Below, in pieces: positions 51,343 through 64,000 of a DNA stretch of 64,000 bases. The translations under genes were made by a program, and so were the position numbers. The notes under the pieces were generated by a model, which had not been told where the DNA came from, did no database searches, and saw only the letters and a program-made list of their open reading frames with translations. The stretch's first letter is position 1, and every line of letters starts with the position of its first letter. Source of the stretch: Octopus sinensis (Eukaryota); NCBI RefSeq assembly GCF_006345805.1, contig NC_043018.1:21452001-21516000 (forward strand). Direction: 5' to 3'.

Positions 51343-51525
51343 GTTGGATCTTTTCACTTTGACTGGCAGGGAGTGGCTGTGTGGTAAGTAGCTTGTTTAC
51401 CAACCACATGGTTCCGGGTTCAGTCCCACTGCGTGGCACCCTGGGCAAGTGTCTTCTACTATAGCCTCGGGCTGACCAATGCCTTGTGAGTGGATTTGGT
51501 AGACAGAAACTGAAAGAAGCCTGTC

Positions 51526-51573
<48 letters not shown>

Positions 51574-51976
51574 GTTTGTCTCCCTAGCATTGCTTGACAA
51601 CCGATGCTGGTGTGTTTACGTCCCCGTCACTTAGCGGTTCGGCAAAAGAGACCGATAGAATAAGTACTGGGCTTACAAAGAATAAGTCCCGGTGTCGATT
51701 TGCTCGACTAAAGGCGGTGCTCCAGCATGGCCGCAGTCAAATGACTGAAACAAGTAAAAGAGTAAAGAGTAAAAGAGTAACTAAAAAAATGTTGAACTTG
51801 AAATTGCCGAAATGCAAGAAATTAAACAACAAATATGTTACAAACTACAGAATTTTCTCAAGAAAGCCAAGAGAAAAAGATGTTTTACGTAACACATTCT
51901 ACCAGTATACGAAGTTTTAAATTTTTTAGTTACATAGAAATTATTTTTAAAATCTGCCGGTCAAAGTGAAAAGTTC
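51343..51976. mobile_element. GGATC-type MITE carrying a SINE C (51369-51780)
   Basis: TIR cttttcactttgac(t/c)ggcag at both ends; flanking tgaaaagtt repeat. Confidence 0.7.
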
Positions 51977-52382
51977 TGAAAAGTTACCATTCTCATCATC
52001 GATGGCGAAATCATTTCAATGGCCACTTCCTCCTCATGGAGTGGATGGGATTTTGTTGAGGCAGATTTTTCTATGGCTGGATGCTCTTCCTGTTACCAAC
52101 CGTCACCTGTTTCTCACTAAGGTAATATTTCCCTTCTTACCAAACGTGTTTTCAGGGAAGATTGGGAATGAAGGGCACAGCTTGCAGGACGGGGACATTT
52201 TTTTTTTTTTACAATTATTATACAGTGACAAGGTATGGAGACAATAACACACACACACACACACACCACACACACACAATGGGCATCTCTCATCTTCTGT
52301 CAACCACATCCACTCACATGGCTTTGTTTGGCCTAAGGCTATAACAGAAGATGTAGATATCATCATCATCATCGTCGTTTAA

Positions 52383-52863
52383 CCCTTTAGCATTCAGATT
52401 AATCTAACAAATGTAATGTTTATTGAGCCTCGTCTGGCACCTGTGTCGGTGGCACATAAAAAACACCATCCGAGCGTGGCCGTTCGCCAGCCTCGTCTGG
52501 CACCTGTGTCGGTGGCACATAAAATCACCCACTACACTCTCAGAGTGGTTGGCGTTAGGAAGGGCATCCAGCTGTAGAAACACTGCCAGATCTGACTGGC
52601 CTGGTGCAGCCTTCGGGCTCCCCAGATCCCAGTTGAACCGTCCAACCCATGCTAGCATGGAAAGCGGACGTTAAACGATGATGATGATGATGATTATTTT
52701 GAATTCATCATGCACTATCACATAGTTTCAAGATTTCGATGATGTGACTGTTTATTTTAAAAGTGACATAGTAGGATAGGTGTGAGAAGCCAGATCTGGC
52801 TGATTTGAAGATAAAACAGGTAGACTTTTTTGGCCAGATATGGCTGGTTTGAATGCTAAAGGG
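52383..52863. mobile_element. piggyBac-like MITE nested in an RTE 3' end and itself carrying an RTE 3' end
   Basis: TTAA TSD at 52379-52382 and 52864-52867; inner RTE at about 52426-52692. Confidence 0.8.
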
Positions 52864-53183
52864 TTAATGTCCCGTTTTCCATGTTGGTATGGGTTGGACA
52901 GTTTGACAGGAGCTGACCAGCCGAAGAGCTGCCCAAGCTCTAAATTTGTTTTGGCATGGTTTCCTCAGCTGGATGGCCTTCCTAACATGCCAACCTCTTT
53001 ACAGAGTGTGCTGGGTGCTTTTATGTAGCCCTGGTACAGGTGTTTTTTACATGGCCCGCAAAATTAGGATCACTCAGCTGGAGAAGGACGTAGGGGACAG
53101 GCCCGTATGCAAGGGTAACCATGCTTTTATTTATCTTGGCATGTCTTCTCAATCAAACTGACTGGTTTGTGTATTTATGTGTA

Positions 53184-54066
53184 CGAGGTCTGACCAATAA
53201 GTGTCCGAACAGTTGCCATAGTAACGAAGCTAAAGCATGCAGTGTGAAGCCACAGGGCACAGATTGACCGTGAACATTGCTGTGCATGCACACTATGTTT
53301 TAATGTTCTAGCTCACTTCTGATGTTTACAGCAGTGCTTGGAAGGAAGGTGTGTAGCGTGTTATCATCGCATTGACCATGACAGAGAAAGTTGTCATGGC
53401 GATACTGCTCAGAGGCCGATGCAAAGTTGTATGGAGAGGAGTGTATGAGCTGCACACAAGTGTATGAGTGGTCCTGATGTTTTGATGATGGCTGAGAAAA
53501 TGTCGATATTGATGAACATTCTGGGAGACCCATGACCAGCAGGACTGAGAAAGACATTGCAGATGTGCATCTGCTGAGAGGCGAAATTTGTTGAATCCCC
53601 ATCTGTGAGTTATCAGAAGATGTGCAGATTAGTTACAGTTCAGTTCAGTCCGTTATCACTGAAGGTTTGGGTACGAGATGCGTGTCTGCCAAGTTTGTGC
53701 CAAAACTGATTTCAATTGACCAAAAAGACACTTGGGGTTTCAGTTGCACAAGATCTTGATTGTGTCGAGAACGGCGAAAACATTTTGAAAACTTTGCGTA
53801 GGCCTCTGAGCAGGTATTGGCAAGCTTTTGGCAAAATTTGATGCAGATTTTCTGCTCAACTTTCTCTGTCATGGTCAATGTGACACTCACTTGCTACACA
53901 CCTTCCTTCCAAGCACTGCTGTAAACAGTGGAAGTGAGTTAGAACATTAAAACTTAGTGCACCTGCACAGTAGAGTTCAAGGTCAATCTGTGCTAAGTGG
54001 CTTCAGTCTATGTGCTTTAGCTTTGTTACTATGGCAATAGACCAGATACATATTGATCAGACCATG
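53184..54066. mobile_element. Mariner derivative with two inverted 5' ends
   Basis: TA flanks; approximately 210-bp inverted arms each reaching the ATGACAGAGAAAG start; decayed transposase ...SGRP...VSAKFVPKL between them. Confidence 0.8.
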
Positions 54067-54734
54067 TATGTATATACTGGGTCTGTCTTGAGCAAGACAC
54101 TTTATTTCACGTTACTCCAGTTCACTCAGATGCCGACAATGAGTTGTAACTGTATTTCAAAGGGCCAGCCTTGTCATGCTGAATCTCCCTGAAAATAAGA
54201 GTACACATGTCTGCAGAGTACTCGGCCACTTACACGTTAATTTCATGAGCAGGCTGTTTCGTTGACCAGATAAACTGGAACTCTCATCGTCATAACCGAC
54301 AGAGTCTCAGTAAAGGGTCTGTGTATCTTTTACTTGTTTCAGTCATTTGACTGCAGCCATGCTGGAGCACCGCCTTTAGTCGAGCAACTCAACCCCGGGA
54401 CTTATTCTTTTTGTAAGCCCAGTACTTATTCTATCGGTCTCTTTTTGCCGAACCGCTAAGTGACGGGGACGTAAACACACCAGCATCGGTAAACACACCA
54501 GCAAGGTAAATAATGTACATAATTCCTCATCTCTTAAATATAGAACTGTGTGTGTATAAAAATATATATATATATATATATATATAGATATATATTGGTA
54601 AAACAGTAAGATAACAAAAGAAAGAAAGAGACCTCAATATTATGTAAATAGAGGAAATTTATCTATAAAATAATATGTTACATTACTCGATAGTAACTCA
54701 GAGTTTTATCTTGGCTATCGAGTAATGTAACATA

Positions 54735-54779
<45 letters not shown>

Positions 54780-55006
54780 TTGAATAAAGTTACATGGTCT
54801 GGCTTTCATGTTTTTTATTATTGTATTTTTTAAAAAATGCTTTTTTTTTTACAAACTTGAAGTGTGTTAAACATTAAAAAAATATTTTGTAATGTACATA
54901 AAGTTCAATTAGTGCTTCCATACTTTCATAGTAATCATCAGACTTTGAAATGTACTTAACTGACAGTTAAGTTCATGACAACTGTAGTAAAATGACAGAC
55001 TTTTTC

Positions 55007-55055
<49 letters not shown>

Positions 55056-55057
55056 TA

Positions 55058-55119
<62 letters not shown>

Positions 55120-55408
55120 TAAACACAAGGACAGAACTTTTCGGATCATGCCCACATGTGACTAAATTTCTGTTACGTTTTTGGTCCCCTAAAGAAAACA
55201 GCTAGAACATGCTTTCTATGTTATGTCCCAAGAAGGTTTTTTTATCTCATCACACATTTTATATATTTTTTATATATTTTTTATGTATTTTTATATAATT
55301 TTTATGGCGAAAAATGCGAGCGATGTATAAGTATGCAGGCAAACAGAGTTATAACACAGTAATTTCCCTTTGTATAACGGTATTTTTTCATAGCGTTTTC
55401 AAATAGCC

Positions 55409-55468
55409 AGATAACCGAAGAGATGTCGTGGATTCCCTCTTCGGCATCTGAAACTCAGAGTTTTATCT
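55409..55468 (+). ncRNA. Degenerate type-I hammerhead fold
   Basis: AGAUAA-CCGAAGA-GAUG/19nt/CAUC-U-GAAA-CUCAGAG-UU-UUAUCU; truncated foldback relative at 54670-54730. Confidence 0.4.
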
Positions 55469-55493
55469 TGACTATCGAGTAATGTAACATATT

Positions 55494-55549
<56 letters not shown>

Positions 55550-55690
55550 TGCATACCCTCACAACATTCATATCTGTGACCCTTCTAAGGTAAAAAAAAC
55601 AAAAAAACAAACCCAAGGTCGAGAGAGATCAACCTGGCATTTGGGTGGCAAACAGAAGCAAAAATGGGGTTTATGGAAAAGCATCAATAC

Positions 55691-55989
55691 CTGAACACTC
55701 TGAGAGTTTATCACTGTAGCAATCAGTTGCCATGGGCACCAGAGCAGAGAAGTGTGCAGCATCATAGGTGAGTAAGAGTGGTGTGTGGTTCGAGGTGTGG
55801 CAATCACATTCTAGCGGCAGGTAGATCCCTCCGAATGGGATGGGTGCCAATGCTTCTCCATTAGCATCACGAAGAACTGTATCAGCAACAACGATAATTG
55901 GTCTTTGGAGAACATGAGCAAGTACAAAAACATGGAATTCCTCCAAACTTTCATAGACCACAGGCGATGTGCCTGATGGTGATTTCAAA
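55691..55989 (-). CDS. OTUD7B: OTUD7 exon (catalytic His motif)
   Basis: [26 protein letters not shown]...[13 protein letters not shown]...YDAAHFSAL; phase 2 to 1, canonical AG/GT. Confidence 0.93.
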
Positions 55990-56639
55990 CTGGAATAGCA
56001 GAAAAAAAAAAAAAAAAAACAAGTCAAAATATTTTAATTAAAATGTCTGAGATAAATTGCTAATAAGATTTTAATTAGACTAATGTATTTGATGAGCTAT
56101 AATTAGCACTTTTTCCCAGCAAAAAAAAAAATTCAAAAATTCACCTCAGGTTTTATATGCAAAGTTGGTCCACCTATACGCTGATTTTGGTCCAAGATGC
56201 TCACTACACCTTGCTAATTCTAATCCAGATGGCCTCGTCTACCTGAATTAAAGCTCTTACCATTCAGATACTTGCTTTGAATTAATCATGCATTATCTCT
56301 TAGCTTCAGGATTTCAAAGATGATTTCAAAGATGTTTATTTTTAGACTGACATTGCGGGTAAGTGTGACAGGCCAGATCTTGAAAATAAAACAAGTAGAA
56401 TATATCTGGGCTGGACATAGCTGGTTTAACCCTTTAACATTCGGATTACTCTGCCAAGTGTAATCCTTATTCACATTATTTTGAATTAATCATGTATTAT
56501 CTTACAGTTTTGAGATTTTGACAACGAAGTTGCTTATTTTTAGAATGACATTGTAGAATAGGTGAGAGAGGCCAGATCTGGCCAGTTTGAACATAAAACA
56601 GGTAGAGTATTTGGGCTGGATATTGTCAGTTTACTCTCT

Positions 56640-57044
56640 TTTATTCTTTTACTTGTTTCAGTCATTTGACTGCGGCAATGCTGGAGCACCGCCTTTAATC
56701 GAGCAACTTGACCCCGGGACTTATTCTTTTTGTAAGCCCAGTACTTATTCTATCGGTCTCTTTTGCCGAACCGCTAAGTAACGGGGACATAAACACACCA
56801 GCATCGGTTGTCAAGCAATGCTAGGGGGACAAACACAGACACACAAATACACACACGCATATATATATATATACATATACACGACGGGCTTCTTTCAGTT
56901 TCCGTCTACCAAATCCACTCACAAGGCTTTGGTCGGCCCGAGGCTATAGCAGAAGACACTTGCCCAAGGTGCCACGCAGTGGGACTGAAATCGGAACCAT
57001 GTGGTTGGTAAACAAGCTACTTACCACACAGCCACTCCTGCGCC
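56640..57044 (-). mobile_element. SINE family C, full length
   Basis: Family match. Confidence 0.88.
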
Positions 57045-57084
57045 TAATGCTAAAAAGTTAATAATAAATAGTATTTACTTGACA

Positions 57085-57840
57085 TCATCATCATCATCGT
57101 TTAACGTCCGCTTTCCATGCTAGCATGGGTTGGACGGTTCAAAAGGGGATCTGGGAAGCCAGGAGGTTGCACCAGGCTCCAGTCTGATCTGGCAGTGTTT
57201 CTACAGCCGGATGCCCTTCCTAATGCCAACCACTCCGTGAGTGTAGTGGGTGCTTTTTACATACCACCGGCACAGGTGCCAGGGGAGGCTGGCAATGGCC
57301 ATGATCGGTTTGTGCTTTTTTATGTGCCACCGGCAAAGGTGTCAGGGGAGGCTGGCAATGGCCACGATCAGTTGGTGCTTTTTTATGTGCCACCAGCACA
57401 GGTGCCAGGGAAGGCTGGCAATGGCCACGATCAGTTGGTGCTTTTTTATGTGCCACCGGCACAGGTGCCAGAGAAGGCTGGCAATGGCCACGATCAGTTG
57501 GTGCTTACTTACGTGCCACCGGCACAGGTGCCAGGGGAGGCTGGCAACGGCCACGATCAGTTGGTGCTTTTTTATGTGCCACCGGTACAGGTGTCAGGGG
57601 AGGCTGGTAACAGCCATGATCAGTTGGTGCTTTTTTATGTGCCACCGGCACAGGTGCCAGGGGAGGCTGGCAATGACCACAATCAGTTGGTGCTTTTTTA
57701 TGTGCCACCGGCACAGGTGCCAGGGGAGGCTGGCAATGGCCACAATCAGTTGGTGCTTTTTTATGTGCCACCGGCACAGGTGCCAGGGGAGGCTGGAAAC
57801 AGCCACGATCGGTTGGTGCTTTTTACGTGCCACCGTCATG
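57085..57840 (-). repeat. RTE 3' end with a 63-bp minisatellite (about 9.5 units)
   Basis: Unit gtgcttttttatgtgccaccggcacaggtgccaggggaggctggcaatggccacgatcagttg. Confidence 0.88.
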
Positions 57841-59584
57841 TATTTACGCTTGGGTGATTTTTTGCATTTTTTCAGCTGTGACTGTTAATTTAATTTCTAG
57901 ATTTCGTTATATTTTCAGCCATAGATGAAGTACTTTTATAATGTTTTGTAACAAACTTCTACATTGCTTTAACCCTTCAGCATTTAACCCTTTCGTATTC
58001 AGATTATTTTGTCAAATGTAATGATTTTTCATTGACATCGTTTATAATTAATCATGCTTTATTTTGTAGCTATAAAGTTTTGATGATGAGATTGTATATT
58101 TCTAGAATGGCATTGAAGGGTAGGTGTGATAGGTTGGATCTGACTAGTTAGAACATAAAGCAGGTAGAATATTTGGGCTGGATATGGCCTGTTTAAATAC
58201 TAAAGGGTTACCGTATTTATTTTGAAATACTAAAGGGTTACCGTATTTATTTTGAGATGCTCTGTGTTTCTTTCAATTAATTTTAAATATAACAAAGAAT
58301 TTAGTAAAATAACTTGGTTATCATTTAACTAGTATTAGGAACATAAATTGTGACTAAGGTTTGGCGGAAGATTTTAATTCAAAACTTATGAAAACAAAAC
58401 ATTTGTACTAAAGAGCCAGAGCCGGTTTCAGCCGGGTTGGTAATGAAAGGGTTAAACCGGCCATATCCAGCCCCCAATTTTATGTTCAAACTGACCAGAT
58501 CTGGCCTCTCTCACCTACTCTAAAATGTCATTAAAAAAATAACAACAGCAGCAAACATCACTGAACTCTCAAAGCTACAAGGTGATACATGCTTAATTCA
58601 AAACAATGTGAATAAATAAGCATTATAGTTGACTCTGTAGTAAATCTGGTTATTGAACTGGTGAGATTGTTGAATACAGAAGACTGGAAATGACTGGCTG
58701 TAAATAGGCTTTACTCTTCTAAGAACGAGGGTCTGGTATCTGTCATTAGTTGTTTTAGTCATGAACCTAGCTGACCAGGAGTCAGCCACGTTTAGATAGT
58801 ATTCCAAAGCCTCGTTTTGCGACTTTCTGGCGAGATGATGGAAATAATTGCAAGTAGTAATAATAACAGTGATTATTACCACAAATTTATTGTGGAAATA
58901 TGACTGGTTCATAACAATTGGTTGAAAAAAAAAAGCAAAAAACCAGTTATTAAAATAAGTAATTGAACACTGATGGTAGGCATTTTAAATCATCTGAAAA
59001 TTCAAAGAAACAAACTTGTTATTGATTGATTGATTCTAGTTTCAGCTAATGAGCTGTGGCCATGCTGGGGCACCGCCATTATATCATGTTTTTAATCAAA
59101 AAATTAGCAGAATGGGTTTTTTTTTTTCATGGAATGATTGATAAGAAAATGGGATCCAAACATGGCCACTACCATCCGACTGAGTGGCGTAAAGGTACTC
59201 GCCACCGAACTCCAGCCTCTGGCTCACAAATGTGCCATCCTCCTCTTTACCAGTACTATGGGGGGAGGGGGGAAGCATATAATCCACAGACACTGGGAAA
59301 CTGGCCCCTATAATTTTATATGACTCAGGAAGGATCTCGACTCCTTTTTTAAAATTTTATCCTAGAGTTACATTGGTCATGGATGAGACAGCATATCATA
59401 TATCGGTTTTAGGAAGAGTAGCCAACTGTAGGAACGATGCTAAAGCTGGAGCTATTGCTCGACACAGCTTGTCGGATCTTGTCAGACCATTCCAATCCAT
59501 GCCAGCATGGAAAAATGGATGTTAAATGATGATGATGATGAGAGCGGTGGTGATGGTGGTAACGACAGTGATGATGATAATGAG

Positions 59585-59865
59585 TTCATCATCATCATCG
59601 TTTAGCATCCGCTTTCCATGCTAGCATGGGTTGGACGGTTCAACTGGGGTCTGGGAAGCCAGATGGCTGCACCAGGCCCAGTCTGATCTGGCAGTGTTTC
59701 TACAGCTGGATGCCCTTCCTAACGCCAACCACTCCGTGAGTGTAGTGGGTGCTTTTTACGTGCCACCGGCACGGAGGCCAGACAAGGCTAGCAAACGGCC
59801 ACGATCGGTTGGTGCTTTTTACGTGCCACCGGCACGGGGGCCAGGTGAGGCTGGCAACGGCCAAA
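59585..59865 (-). mobile_element. RTE 3' end with the unamplified two-unit repeat
   Basis: Matches 13310-13552. Confidence 0.82.
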
Positions 59866-60065
59866 ATGTGCATCATAAAAAATATCACTGAGGTCACAAG
59901 ATGGAAACTATTGCTCTGAGATGTTGATCATAAAAGAAATGACAGGTGTTTTATCACGTGAATTTATTGGAATAGAGAAAGCATAAAGTTGAATATAATA
60001 CCACCACCACCACCAGCAGCATTACAAGCTCCTGCACTCCCACTACTGGTGCTATTTCAGCTTAC

Positions 60066-60214
60066 CTTTGGTTAGCTTGAGATGAAGGGGACGACGAAGG
60101 AGATGAGGCACTGCCAGTAGTTGTAGACATAATAGAACGAGGTTTAGGAGACGCTAACTTCAACAAATTACTCCATTCACTTTTCCATTCATCTTCAGAG
60201 AAAATCAAACCAGA
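60066..60214 (-). CDS. OTUD7B: OTUD7 exon
   Basis: SGLIFSEDEWKSEWSNLLKLASPKPR...; phase 0 to 2; ttccag acceptor and gtaag donor. Confidence 0.9.
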
Positions 60215-60599
60215 CTGGAAGTAAAAAAAGAAAAAAAAAAGAGAGATGAGTTGGGTTGATAAAGGAGGAACATTCAAGGATAGGATTTTGGGTGTGAAAT
60301 ACCATTTTAAGAAATATTGCATAGAGAATTTAAAAAAAACCAAGTTTTCAGTAAATTAACACTTAATATATAAAAATACACATCATCTCCGTAACATATT
60401 GCAGCTTCTAGTTTTTTCAATAATACATGTACATTATGTATGTCATGTAGATGAAGATTTTAATCTACAGTTACTTCTATTACATATTTTGTATTATATA
60501 TATATAATAATAATAATAATATTAGGGAGTATAACTCCAAACTTACAGGGAAAAAAATCAATTTAGTATTAAATCAAATTTCACAATATAAATGTATAA

Positions 60600-60824
60600 T
60601 ATATATATAAATTAGAGAAAAACCACTATTAGGCAATTCAAACAATGATAGACATAAACCAAATCATATAGAAAAATAAAATATATTATAAAACATATAT
60701 CTAGATCACAAAAAGTACAAAATAATGTACTTTTAGTGATCTAGATATATGTTTTATAATATAATTTATTTTTTCTATATGATTTGGTTTATGTCTATCA
60801 TTGTTTGAATTACTTAATAGTGTT

Positions 60825-60835
<11 letters not shown>
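60600..60835. repeat. Foldback in (TA)n, related to 61105-61420
   Basis: About 110-bp inverted arms starting tagagaaaaaccactatta. Confidence 0.75.
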
Positions 60836-60862
<27 letters not shown>

Positions 60863-61104
60863 AACAAGTTAAAGATAATGCTCTATACATATTCTTCCTT
60901 TATTGGAGAAAATCTGGCTTACAGCTGTTTCCAGTAATCGTTATAGGTACGTTACTGATAGGTACTATTGATCAATTGAGATGACATATGAACAACCCAA
61001 GAAAAATAATGCTACATTCATCAGAGCCATTTCTGGTTATAACAAGCAGAGCACAGAATATATATATATATATTATATATATATATATATAATATATATA
61101 TATA

Positions 61105-61420
61105 TATTATATATATTAGAGACAAAACCACTATTATGCAAATCAAACAAAGAAAGACTTAAGCCAATACATAAAATAATTTATATAAATTAAAATTTAA
61201 CAATTATAAATAACCACTACGATAGTTCATAGTTTAAAACTCAACAAGAAGGTTTTGAATCCACCTGAAGAATGTCTCAAAGATGTGCTGACACGAAACG
61301 ATCGTAGTGGTTATTTATAATTGTTAAATTTTAATTTATATAAATTATTTTATGTATTGGCTTAAGTCTTTCTTTGTTTGATTTGCATAATAGTGGTTTT
61401 GTCTCTAATATAATATAATA
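61105..61420. repeat. Foldback in (TA)n with a hammerhead at the centre
   Basis: About 118-bp inverted arms, about 75-bp spacer. Confidence 0.78.
61261..61310 (+). ncRNA. Minimal type-I hammerhead ribozyme, canonical core
   Basis: CCAC-CUGAAGA-A-UGUC/13nt/GACA-C-GAAA-CGAUCG-UA-GUGG; palindromic ACGAUCGU. Confidence 0.68.
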
Positions 61421-61494
61421 TTTTACTATAAAATTGGATTCAATCCTAAATCTGATTTTTCCCTGTGAATTTGGATTTATTCCCTAATATTTAT

Positions 61495-61583
<89 letters not shown>

Positions 61584-61753
61584 GGTCTACTGGCTTAGAG
61601 GTCCCTTAGGTTTCAAAACCCATATTTGCAGGCATTAAATAATTGTCTACAAATATGGTTTTTGAAACCTAAGGTATCCCCTAACCAACAGTAAAATCAT
61701 GTAAACAAAAAAAACAGTAAGAAAGAAGGCCACCAGTGAAGGTGACCCCTTAC

Positions 61754-61881
61754 CTCCTTGTTCAGAAGGGTCTGCTGCCACCGCCAACGTCTGTACAGTG
61801 CCCCTCGATAGATTTCCTTTGTCATCGTGTCATAAAGAGCTTTACGAAGTATCAAATCTCTATCTTGCACACCCCACATAG
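61754..61881 (-). CDS. OTUD7B: OTUD7 exon
   Basis: MWGVQDRDLILRKALY...LYRRWRWQQT..NKE; phase 1 to 0. Confidence 0.93.
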
Positions 61882-62325
61882 CTGTCGGACAAATATAAGA
61901 GAGAAAACAACATCAGTTCTTTGTTGAACGTCACAGGACGGTTTCGAATTTTGGCACATAGCCAGCAATTTCGGGGGGGGGTAGGTTAAGTCGATTACAT
62001 CAACCCCAGTGTTCAACTGGTATTTATGTAAAGATGGGCAAAATGTTGCTAAGCATTTTGCCAGCTTGCTGCCTTAGAAGGGAACAATACAGGTTTCAAA
62101 TTTTGGCACTAGGCCAGGTGATTACATCGACCCCCCAGTATTCAACCGGTATTTATTTTATTGAACCAAAAAGGATAAAAAGGTAATGTCGACCTTGGTG
62201 AATTTGAACTCAGAATGTAAAGACAGACAAAATCCAGCTAAGCATTTTGCCCAGCATGCTAATGATTCTACCAGCTTTCTGCCTTAGATGGAAGGAATAT
62301 TGGAGATGTTTTGGAAACCCTACAT

Positions 62326-62645
62326 CAGGCGTTCTCAACCATTTTTTAATTAAGGACTCCTTTGATTACTATTTTATTATGGTGGACCCCTGTAGCCATT
62401 CAATGTTTAAAAACTAGTTTTATAGAAACTTCTTTCAAAATTCCTATTTTGTTATACACACATGAACTTGTGTAGATGGAACTATGTAAGATGTTGGAAA
62501 AAGAAACCTAACTGTTTCTTGCAATACAAACCAATACATACATCCAAAGAAACAATTTTTTCAGAGACCCTTAAAATACTATTGTGGATTCTCAAAAATC
62601 TTATATGGACCCTGAAGAGCCATATGAACCCTTGTTGAGAAACAT
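62326..62645. mobile_element. hAT-like MITE
   Basis: CAGGCGTTCTCAAC / GTTGAGAAACATTG TIRs; degenerate 8-bp flanks ccctacat / cccaacac; partial relative at 14687-14817. Confidence 0.55.
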
Positions 62646-63383
62646 TGCCCAACACCACCGTCATCCTCTCTCTTCTCTTTCTGGCAGACCACAAATGACC
62701 AAAATGGTAAGGCATCAGAAGACAATCAGCAATGTTGCCCTTGGTTCACATTACACCACTCTCTGTGTGTTGTAATGTCAGAGACAAAGATCTCCCTTTT
62801 CGCACTTGAACAGCCACAGTCTACCTAGCTGTTAACGGGTACCACATCAACAGAACCAACTCAACACTGTGAACAGCAGTGGTGATCATGACAGATCTCC
62901 ATCCACCACCACAACCACCAGGGCAAGTGTCTTCTGCCAAAGCCCTGTGAATGGAAACTGGAAGAAACCCATCATATACATATAATAGATGCTCGACCCA
63001 CACATTTGATAGTTGTTTACACCCAGTTTGGCTTACGATTAAAGAGGTTTTAGTTGTGACCATTCCACAGGACAGCATATATAGGACTGTGTATGACATA
63101 ATGGAGAATTTAGCTGTTATTTCTAGCAGGTACAGCTACTACATATACTGAAGCTCCCGTCTCATTTTTATTGTTTCATTTATGATGATGATGAGGAGGA
63201 GGAAGAGGAGGAAGTGTCGGGTGATTGACCTGAACAAAAGAAAATAGATGAGGTCAACATCCGAATGAACGGTTTCCCATCTTCACCTCTCATTAACATC
63301 TAATTAACTAACATGACGCCATTAATATTCAGCAGGGTTAATGAGTACATTCATTAATGAGAGAGTCGACAGCGGGTACTCAC

Positions 63384-63482
63384 CTAACGAAGCTGCATGT
63401 AAGAGACAATTACCATCACCAGTTGTAGCCATTGGCATTAAACGTTGACAAACACCTACAGTTGACCACCAGTTTAAACGGC
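63384..63482 (-). CDS. OTUD7B: OTUD7 exon (catalytic Cys motif)
   Basis: [33 protein letters not shown]; 99 nt, phase 1 to 1; ttttcag acceptor and gtgagt donor. Confidence 0.94.
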
Positions 63483-63589
63483 CTGAAAACAGATTCAGCA
63501 ATCATTAGAAAATACACTCATAGATAAAGATAGTTTTGTATATATGTATGTATTGGTGTGTGTGTGTGTGTATGTGTGTGTGTATGAAT

Positions 63590-63870
63590 ATATTACATAC
63601 ATATAAGAGGGATGACCACTAAGTGGACATCCATTATGCTAAAGGTAGACCCCATATGGTCTGACCACTAAGAAAAGATTGTCCTCAAGAAAATTCAGCA
63701 AACACCAGAAAGTAAGCGATCAAGACAAATGAAAAGATACAAAATATAAAGATATGAAGAATTTTCTTGAGAACAATCTTTTCTTAGTGGCAAGACCATA
63801 GGAGGTCTACTTCTAGCATAATGGATGTCCACTTAGTGGTCATACCTCTTATATGTATGTAATATATTTC
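63590..63870. repeat. Foldback element next to a microsatellite
   Basis: About 105-bp inverted arms, about 65-bp spacer. Confidence 0.75.
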
Positions 63871-64000
63871 TGAATCTTCAGATTTTTCAATATGCTAGGC
63901 CACTGGTTTTAAATTGATATTAATCAAATTAACATTCAATTTTTCACCCTTATTATTTTAAATTTGAATATATATATACACACACACAAACATATACATA

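Overview
Eukaryotic, AT-rich, repeat-dense DNA. It is most likely a coleoid cephalopod (Octopus), inferred from the [17 protein letters not shown]-type C2H2 array, the tRNA/CORE-type SINEs and the RTE and CR1 LINEs. Two recognisable host genes lie on the minus strand: an intronless LRRC51 (20898-21647) and the 3' five coding exons of an OTUD7/Cezanne-type deubiquitinase (49602-63482; the 5' exons lie beyond the window). A third, unannotated three-exon gene on the plus strand (3195-9983) is missed by the ORF track. It encodes a 113-aa precursor with a signal peptide, an 8-Cys knottin/agatoxin-like motif and a hydrophobic, GPI-signal-like tail. The window also holds several unrelated minimal type-I hammerhead ribozyme folds. 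Their core 3:8 pair covaries (C:G, U:A, G:C) and their stem III is palindromic. Several sit in long foldback elements in (TA)n tracts and resemble Penelope-like element termini. The remainder is a decayed 11-finger C2H2-ZNF array, Helitron, piggyBac, mariner, hAT and MULE-like non-autonomous elements, LINE relics, three SINE families, minisatellites and microsatellites. Repeat boundaries were read by eye and are approximate unless a TSD is given.
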